From the NCBI GenBank assembly GCA_951406725.2, contig OX597817.1:38688001-38752000 (forward strand): a stretch of DNA of 64,000 nt, read 5' to 3'. The translations under genes were made by a program, and so were the position numbers. Positions 54,815-64,000 of the stretch are shown piece after piece (position 1 is the stretch's first letter; each line of letters begins with the position of its first letter). Source of the DNA: Octopus vulgaris (taxonomy: Eukaryota). The notes under the pieces are model-generated. The model searched no databases. It saw nothing but the letters and a program-made list of their open reading frames with translations, and was not told the DNA's origin.

Positions 54815-55539
54815 CGTTCGAATCAGTCCCTTGCTATTCTGAGTTTAATCTGTAGATGCACACGGACTTCAGGTAAGTGACACCTCTAAACGGATGTGTA
54901 TGTGTGAGGAGGTATGTACATACATTCCTACATACACAAACACACATACGCACACACCAAATACACAGGCAAGCACACAACCACGTTTCCAGTCCCAGCT
55001 GTCTGTCATAATTTTCATATTTACTGCTCTTGCTCCTATTGTTGACGTCTATCCCCAGGTTGGTACTGAGCGTACAGACTTATGATCAAAGGAATTGCAC
55101 CGCCTTTTTTATAGTTTCGTGTGTGTCATTGTTTACGTCACTAATTTCTAATGTTTAAGACAATATTTATAACGAAATAGTGCGACCTGGGCAGGTATAA
55201 AGCATAAACAGACAAAATAGAGACTAGAAGAAAATATATAAAAAATAATGCATAAAATAATTCAAATAGGACAAAATGTATAAATATACACCTGTGTATG
55301 TGTGTGTGTGTAGTCAGTGAATGAAAGGAATAGAATAGGTAGTTATGTACTACACGTGTTTCAAAAGGTGCATCGAACGCAAACTACGTATCTTTAAGGT
55401 GTTACATAATTATTAAGTGTTCTTTTTTATCAAGTACTTACCACTTAGAAATCCTTTATCGTAATGAATACGCCAAGAAAAACCAGAAGAAAGTTGTATA
55501 TTTCAACAGTTAAAGGGGTAGGCTAGAGTAGAAAAAGGG

Positions 55540-56403
<864 letters not shown>

Positions 56404-56418
56404 AAGAGAGAGAGAGGC

Positions 56419-56809
56419 TCCGTAATTCTTCATCAGTTATCGACCAATTGGTACTGTTTAGTTTCGCACCTTTAACGATATGACTGAGTGCCTGCCAATT
56501 GGCGGTGCCCGCAAAAAAAGATTTTCTTACGGAGAATTAGGGACAAGAGCAAACACAACAAAACAAGTAAACCGACATAGAGCGTGATTTAGGACGGTGG
56601 ACGAGGACGAACAGAATACATCCTCGTCCACTGTCCTAAATCACACTCTATGTCGTTTTACTTGTTTTCTGGTATTTGCTCTTGTCCCTAATTCTCCGCA
56701 CGAAAAGGACCTTTGCGGGCACCGCCAATTGGGAAACACTCCAGTCTTACAGTGAAAGGTGTGACACTGAACAGTACCAATTGGTCGATAACTGATGAAG
56801 AATTACGGA
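56419..56809. repeat. 391-bp fold-back (long inverted repeat)
   Basis: Arms 56419-56607 and 56621-56809; outer 40 bp perfectly complementary, about 87% overall by manual alignment. Confidence 0.95.
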
Positions 56810-56911
56810 CCGACTGTTTGTCTCCCGTTCGTTTTGACATTTGGTATACGTTACGTCGCCTGTTTATACATTTTTTTCATTTATCAAGTAATGGAACGCA
56901 ACACACACCGA

Positions 56912-56957
<46 letters not shown>

Positions 56958-57332
56958 TAACAGCGAGAGAATTTTCGGGTTGAAATATGCTACATATGTT
57001 TATGTATTGCTACATATATTTATGTATTGCTACATATGTTTCTGCATGACACGTGTTTGTTTGTGACTACATTCCCATGTCCATAGGAGACTATTAAATA
57101 TTATTTATGGTATCCCTGTGTCTAAAACGAGTCCGTTGTTACACATGTCTACAATTTCTTCTTATTAATGACTTTATCCTTCACTATGCAGAGTGCCGCA
57201 TAAATAACAACCCCATGCGTTCACTCCGGAAGATGGGATTAATAAGCGGTAGTCAACAAGAAGTAGCATAGGAGCTTTTACAAGCGCACTCGAAGGCATT
57301 TGCCGAAAACAAATTACAAGTATACATACATA

Positions 57333-57741
57333 GGCGCAGGAGTGGCTGTGTGGTAAGTAGCTTGTTTACCAACCACATGGTTCCGGGTTCAGTCCCACTG
57401 CGTGGCACCTTGGGCAAGTGTCTTCTACTATAGCCTCAGGCCGACCAAACCTTTGTGAGTGGATTTGGTAGACGGAAACTGAAAGAAGCCCGTCGTATAT
57501 ATGTATATATATATATATATGCGTGTGTGTGTTTGTGTCTGTATTTGTCATCCTAGCATTGCTTGACAACCGATGCTGGTGTGTTTAGGTCCCCGTTACT
57601 TAGCGGTTCGGCAAAAGAGACCGATAGAATAAGTACTGGGCTTACAAAAGAATAAGTCCCGGGGTCGAGTTGCTCGATTAAAGGCGGTGCTCCAGCATGG
57701 CCGCAGTCAAATGACTGAAACAAGTAAAAGAGTAAAGAGTA
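57333..57741 (+). mobile_element. Full-length family A tRNA-SINE
   Basis: A box tggctgtgtgg, B box gggttcagtcc, ccttgggcaagtg core, internal (ta)n(tg)n, tail aagtaaaagagtaaagagta. Confidence 0.9.
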
Positions 57742-57843
57742 TACATACATACATACATACATACATACATACATACATACATACATACATACATACATAC
57801 ATACATACATACACACATACACATACATACAACAATTGTATAG

Positions 57844-57991
57844 AATTATATAGAATACAAACAAACGGAACAAAAGGAAAATACAGCTAGAAAGTCGCTA
57901 AGTCCTCACGATCCTCTGGGCTGATGAGGAGTTAGCGACTTTCTATGCGTGTATTTTCCGTTTGTTTCGTTCGTTTGTACTCTATGTAATT
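57844..57991. repeat. 148-bp imperfect palindrome
   Basis: Inner tagaaagtcgctaa / ttagcgactttcta is perfect; arms extend about 65 bp; 16-nt loop. Confidence 0.9.
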
Positions 57992-57995
57992 TTTT

Positions 57996-58083
<88 letters not shown>

Positions 58084-58447
58084 TCGCACACGCGCACATA
58101 TATATATATAAAATCTTTTACTTTATTTCAACCATTGGATTGCGGCTATGCTGAGATACTACCTTCAAGGGCTTTAGTGAAGCGATTCGCCCCCCAGTAC
58201 TTATTTTTTTAAAGCCTGGTATCTATTCTGATAATAAATACACACACACACGTGTGTGTGTGGGTGCATGTACATATATTTATATGTATATATTATTACC
58301 GGTCATTTCAATATGCGATGGATGTCTTTTTGAGACACGTTTATCCTTTTCACTTTATATATTAGACATGAGCAAAAAAGAAGACACCACTAGAGGAAAG
58401 ACAAAATTTTAACAGCTATATTAGACGCTTAAAGGGAAAGGAAGAGC

Positions 58448-58481
58448 TTTGATGTTTCGGACGTTGGTCCTTCATCAGAAA
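58448..58481 (-). ncRNA. Minimal type I hammerhead ribozyme motif (Penelope-type), stem III mutated
   Basis: Minus strand uuu-CUGAUGA-A-GGAC-caac-GUCC-GAAA-C-AUC-aaa. Confidence 0.65.
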
Positions 58482-59032
58482 AATAAACGAATGGGTCATG
58501 GGAAAGTAGGGAAGTAGAAATAAAGGAAAAATACTCCAAATAAGTTTAAGTCTTCAAGAACTAGATTCTCAAGGAAGGATGACTTAGAACTCACAACCCA
58601 AACATATATATCTCTCTTTCAGCTGCCCTGGGGATATTATTATGCTTCCGACACCTGAACAGTACAAGTCAATCTGGCAGTGTCAAAAACGTTAAAAACA
58701 TAAAGGCTGCCCAGAAATTCAGAGACAAGAACTAGGGACTAAATATTAGCTCAATATGTCTAGTATCAGGAAGGAGATTTGGTACGTCTTCACTGAGGAG
58801 CGTCCGTAAATCGTGTAGCGGTTCGTCAGCAAAATCGACCACCTCCGTTTTTTCTGCACATCAAAAGTATAAAAAATATGTTTACATTCTAATATATTTT
58901 CGTTTTCATAAGGCAGCAAGCTGGCAGAATCGTTAGTACTGCGGACAAAATGCTTAGCTGCATTTCGTCTGTCTTCACGTTCTGAATTCAAATTCTGCCG
59001 AGGTCGACTTTGATGTTCATCCTTTCATAGTT

Positions 59033-59474
59033 GACGGACTACTGTCCTTGCAACATCTATATTCCTTCCTGTGCTCGTTAACTATTATGTCCCTGCCGTA
59101 AAGCTTTACGTCCACACATGCCAGCTTAATTTAATTCGTCCTTAGTCGATAGACACCTGCTGTTATGTCCAGTTATTTGTATTTGTGTAACATTTCTGAG
59201 GGTTTTTTCCGTCCTTGTTTCGTATACATTCGCTGTTTTCTACCAAGGAATGTAATGTTCTTAGCTTATTTTCCCTTATTTTCCCCTGGCCAGACTGGAG
59301 CAATCTCGAGTATATCCAGCCGAAATTGCAACGATAATCTGGAACTCGACTGAGGATAGAAAACTCCGAATGATCCGTCCTTGTTTTCCTTGTATCCTCT
59401 GTCTGGATATTTTGTTTTCCTTTTTTTTTTTTGTTTCACCTGTCTGGATGTTTTGCGTTCTTGTCCCATTTTTG
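59033..59474 (+). mobile_element. Probable Penelope-like terminal repeat remnant
   Basis: Ends in cacctgtctggatgttttgcgttcttgtccc before (TA)n(GA)n; shares cacctgtct with the 26.9-kb element and tcttgtccc with the 56.4-kb fold-back. Confidence 0.35.
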
Positions 59475-59490
59475 CATCATATATATATAC

Positions 59491-59555
<65 letters not shown>

Positions 59556-60269
59556 TAGGTATTACTTGATAACTTGTATTTCCTAGAAGAAAAAACAGTT
59601 ACACTAATGCCTGGCGTATTGATTTCATTATTTTGGCACAAAGCCAGCAAGTTCAAGGGAGGGGTAACTCGATTAAACTGACCGCAGTGCGCAACTGGTA
59701 CTTCTTTTATCGACTCCGAAAGGATAAAAGGCAAAGTCGATCTAGACGGAATTTGAACTCAGAACATTTAGACCGACGAAATAGTGAGAAAGTATTTCAG
59801 ACTAGCGCCTGACATATTAGCCTTTTATCGGGATCTGCTCGGCTTGCAATCATTCGGGTCACATCTATAGTCTAAGACCAATCACCCCATCTCTCTCTCT
59901 CTTTCCCTCTCTCTTTCTCTATCTTTCTCTCTTTCTCTCTCTCTTTCTCTATCTCTCTCTATTTCTCTCTTTCTCTCTCTCTCCCTCTTTCTCTTTCTCT
60001 CCCTCCATTCCTCCCAGCAGTCTCGGAATGTCTGAAATGGGCCATGGGCGCTGCCCTTCCTCTAAACAAGCTTTTGAAAAAGTGTGTTTTTCTTCAAGAA
60101 TACGTAATTGGAATAATAATCTAATTAGATATGTTTTACTAAGAAGCAATAGCTGGGTTAGTTATTGCACTTGTTTATAATGCTGAGGTCAGGCTTAGCG
60201 AATGTATGTGTGTGTGTGTATGCGTGTGTATGTATGTATGTATGTGTGTGTGCGTGTGCGTGTGTGTGC

Positions 60270-60334
<65 letters not shown>

Positions 60335-60411
60335 GTGTGTGTGTGTATGTGTATGTATATCTGTATGTATGTGTGTATATATAAATACACGCACTCACAT
60401 ATTTACGCACG

Positions 60412-60443
<32 letters not shown>

Positions 60444-61207
60444 CACATACCCGCTATATTAAAACATAGCTCGTTTACACAATAATAGTGATGTTGACTC
60501 ATAGAACTTGTTCCAGTTTTTGCTAATGCGGAATATATTATCTGTACTGTTTGACTTTGAAGTGTGTAATGAAGATACAAGGGGCGGCAGAAAAACCTCC
60601 CATATTTTACACGGTCATTGTTGTTAAGCTAGGGAAGTTAGGCAGGTGGTATTGATGTCTTCATGAAGCTAATGTTTCACCGTCTTTTTTAGTCATAGCT
60701 TGAGCTGGTATCTATCATGCATTTACTATGGCAGTGTTTATCAACCTATAAAATGTGGGAAGCTTTTTTGCTTACTGCACCCTTTATTATGTTTTTAACA
60801 GTCTGTTCCTTCTGTGTTGTTATGCAGGTCATTTGAGTGGTTTTATAGTGAGGGTTGGGCATTTTTAATAACGTTCGTTAAGGTGTTGAAGGCACAGAAA
60901 ATCTTTGACATTAGTATGAGATTGTTCTAGTTGTATTGTGTTTCTCGATTGTTAAGTGTATTGACTTAATTGCAAACCTGTGGCAAATTTAATAGAACAT
61001 TCCAGTTAGCTTTCTGCTATGGCTAGAGAAGTGTTTCTTTCGTAACAGGTATTTTATCAGGCATGTCTGCATGGTAAGTAGTTTTTTTTTTTTTTTTTGC
61101 AACCGCATTATTTCGGGTTCAGTCTCACTGCATGACACTCTGGGCCGACCAAAACCGTATGAGTGTATTTGGTAGGCAGAAACTGAAAGCAGCTGAAAGA
61201 AACTGAA

Positions 61208-61433
61208 GGCGGCGAGCTGGCAGACACGTTAGCGCGCCGGGCGAAATGCTTAGCGGTATTTCGTCTGCCGTTACGTGCTGAGTTCAAATTCCGCCGAGGT
61301 CGACTTTGCCTTTCATCCTTTCGGGGTCGATAAATTGAGTACCAGTTACGCAATGGGGTCGATGCAGTCGACTTAATCCCTTTGTCCTTGTTTGTCCCCT
61401 CTATGTTTAACCCCTTGTGGGCAATAAAGAAAG
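61208..61433 (+). mobile_element. Full-length family B SINE nested in a family A SINE
   Basis: TSD aagaaactgaa at 61197-61207 and 61434-61444. Confidence 0.9.
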
Positions 61434-61492
61434 AAGAAACTGAAAGAAGCTCATCATCATCATGTATACGTGTATATATATATGTGTGTGTG

Positions 61493-61576
<84 letters not shown>

Positions 61577-61612
61577 GTATATGTATATGTGTGTGATATA
61601 TATATATATACG

Positions 61613-61659
<47 letters not shown>

Positions 61660-62224
61660 ATGTATGTATATGTATATGTGTGTGATATATGTATATGTGA
61701 TATATATATGAGAATATGTATGTATTCTGGGCATCACGTGATAGCTGTAAACGAGTGTTACCGCCATATGCGCTTCCAATCATCAATGAAAGCATGCCCA
61801 GTTTCAAGAAAATATGACCTTACTTGAAAACAAGAGAAGCTTGACGTTAGGAAGAGTAGCCAGACGTCTGACTCATGCAAGCATGAAAAAGTTGACGTTA
61901 AAGCGAAATCGGATGCTGTGGTGATATCGAATATCGTTAATATTAATAGTAGTGATTCGATATAAAGAAATAACTGATAGATCATCACTGCATAAGAGTC
62001 CCGAGAGCCCAACGCTATGTAATCGTTCGGCCTGTTAAAAATAGCAGCTAATTTTCCTTTAAATCATACCCTACTGTTTAAAAAAAAAAAACAACGGAAA
62101 AAGTATATTTTGATAAGGTGATCTTTAATGTACTTTATTAAAAAAAGAAAGACATTGATGGTTGCAGTTAGAATATATTATTTTGACGGGTTTGATTAAG
62201 CTAATCTGCAGCTAAACAATAAAG

Positions 62225-62547
<323 letters not shown>

Positions 62548-62689
62548 TGTGTGCGTGTGTGTGTGCGTGCGAGTGCATGTAATGTATGTATGTGGCATAT
62601 GTATGTATGCATAGTTGTATGTATATATGTACGTGTCATGATTCTTCTCGATCCGAAAAGATGCCGCCCACTATTCCAATTTCTTTTAG

Positions 62690-63330
62690 TTCGCCTTCAG
62701 ATGACAACGGAGATCGAGAATTGTTTGCAATATTTGGTGATATTCTTTACACGGAATCGTGTGGTGTCTGTGGCAGGGCACCGAAAGATGGTCAGCCTTA
62801 TCTTTCTCATTTGCCATCTTTGGTACTTCTCGCCATTTCTGTTCCGCTCAAAGAGCCAAGATAGCTGCGATTTTTTCATTATTTTCTATCCTCCACGACA
62901 GCTTCAAACTCTATTAGTTGGATGCCGCAGAGTGTAAGATTCCGCACCAGAATATCTCTGAATTAGTAACGGTTTTCCTGGTACCAGTTCAGGATCAAAA
63001 AATGGTTTTCTGTTGTCCATCTTTCATCCTCATGCAGCGCAGCTAATGCCAAATGATCACCGCCTCATTGCTTCTCGTTTCTGCTTGTTCTAGGACAGCC
63101 ATCAGCAAACTGCACGAGTCACAGTTTCTGAATGGCACGTCTAACGAAAAATTACCGTGATTTTTTTTAATAGTGTGGCCCTCCTGATGATGAGCCAAAA
63201 CCTGATGATGAGCCACTTCTCTAGAAAGGTTGCCTATGCTGTTCTAGAACATGAGACAAAGGTGTTGGTCTTCTTTTGTCCTCAATGAATATCTAAAAAT
63301 GAGTGAAGTTTTCACTGGTTGAACAATTTA
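62690..63330 (-). mobile_element. RTE (BovB-like) LINE 3' remnant
   Basis: Minus-strand fragments VLEQAETRSNE..LRCMRMKD..KTIF.PEL..GKPLL / CGI..FEAVVEDR / TIPCKEY..ILDLRCHLK (degenerate C-terminal zinc finger). Confidence 0.6.
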
Positions 63331-63754
63331 AGCTGTGCAGATATTAGTTTCGAATGTTGGCACCAGGCCAGCAATTTGGGGAGAGGGGTGTGATTCGATT
63401 ACAGCGATCCCAGTGCTCAACTGGTACTTATCTTATCGACCTCGAAAGAATGAAAGGCAAAATCGACCTCAGAGCATGGAGACGGACGAAATGCTACTAA
63501 GCTTTTTGCCCGGCGTGTTAACGATTCTGCCTGTTCTCCGCATTATAAGCCCTGCAGATATTAAAATCGTTATGTGGACAGCAATATTCTAGTTATAATA
63601 ATTCTAGTTGATATATGGTACATCATAATCTGTTTCGCTAACAGAATAGATGTCGTGGTTATTTCACGGGTGAATGGTTATTATTAGAATGTACTAAGAG
63701 TTAAAGACAACTGCTTTTAAAAATTCACGATGGCTGAATTTCTCTTTTCAATCA

Positions 63755-64000
63755 CGAGTATTCGGGTTCAGTTCTACTATACGGCACCTTGAGCAAGTGT
63801 CTTCTACTTGACCAATACCTTGTGAGTGAATTTAGTAGACAGAAACTTTGTGGTAACCCATCACATGTGTATAGTATATATTTATACATATACATGTATA
63901 CATGTGTGTGTGTGTGTGTATTTGTGCCTGTCTGTCTGCTTGTCTGTGTGTCTGTGTTTATCCCCCAACCCGCAACCACTTGACAACCCATGTTGGTTTG
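63755..64000 (+). mobile_element. Family A SINE, running off the window end
   Basis: gggttcagttctact..ggcaccttgagcaagtgtcttctac..ccttgtgagtg..cttgacaacc. Confidence 0.8.

Noticed and set aside
58560-58800. Possible RT remnant (GDIIML.., GLNIS)
   Set aside because: Motif similarity too weak to support without a profile search.
63183-63215. Two CTGATGA motifs (cctgatgatgagcca x2)
   Set aside because: A 15-bp local duplication inside an RTE remnant; no stem II/GAAA in hammerhead register.

Overview
AT-rich, microsatellite-dense animal genomic DNA. The SINE/RTE repeat landscape is typical of Octopus (coleoid cephalopod); this is inferred from recalled repeat sequences, not a database search. 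The only host protein-coding gene I can support is the 3' half of a SPRED (Sprouty-related EVH1-domain) gene on the + strand: a 53-nt exon (29031-29083, GSVDPSNITLEGDDDVFE) and the terminal exon (31493-32392) encoding a KBD-like motif and the Cys-rich Sprouty domain. The EVH1 exons were not found and probably lie upstream of the window. The rest is transposon-derived or simple repeat: several tRNA-derived SINE families (single, nested, dimeric, tandem arrays), CR1, RTE and R4/Dong LINE remnants, hAT MITEs, a Helitron-like element, and mariner and piggyBac relics. Most noteworthy are (i) a set of microsatellite-embedded, Penelope-like short elements with minimal hammerhead-ribozyme motifs and two long fold-back palindromes (56.4-59.5 kb, 26.9 kb); (ii) sharp CpG-depleted versus CpG-retaining domains that look like a fossil methylation map with an intronic island at about 12.3-25.3 kb; (iii) a candidate alternative terminal exon giving an EVH1-only SPRED; and (iv) an in-frame internally deleted RTE element. 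Nearly all listed ORFs are artefacts of (TA)n/(CA)n/(TC)n repeats.
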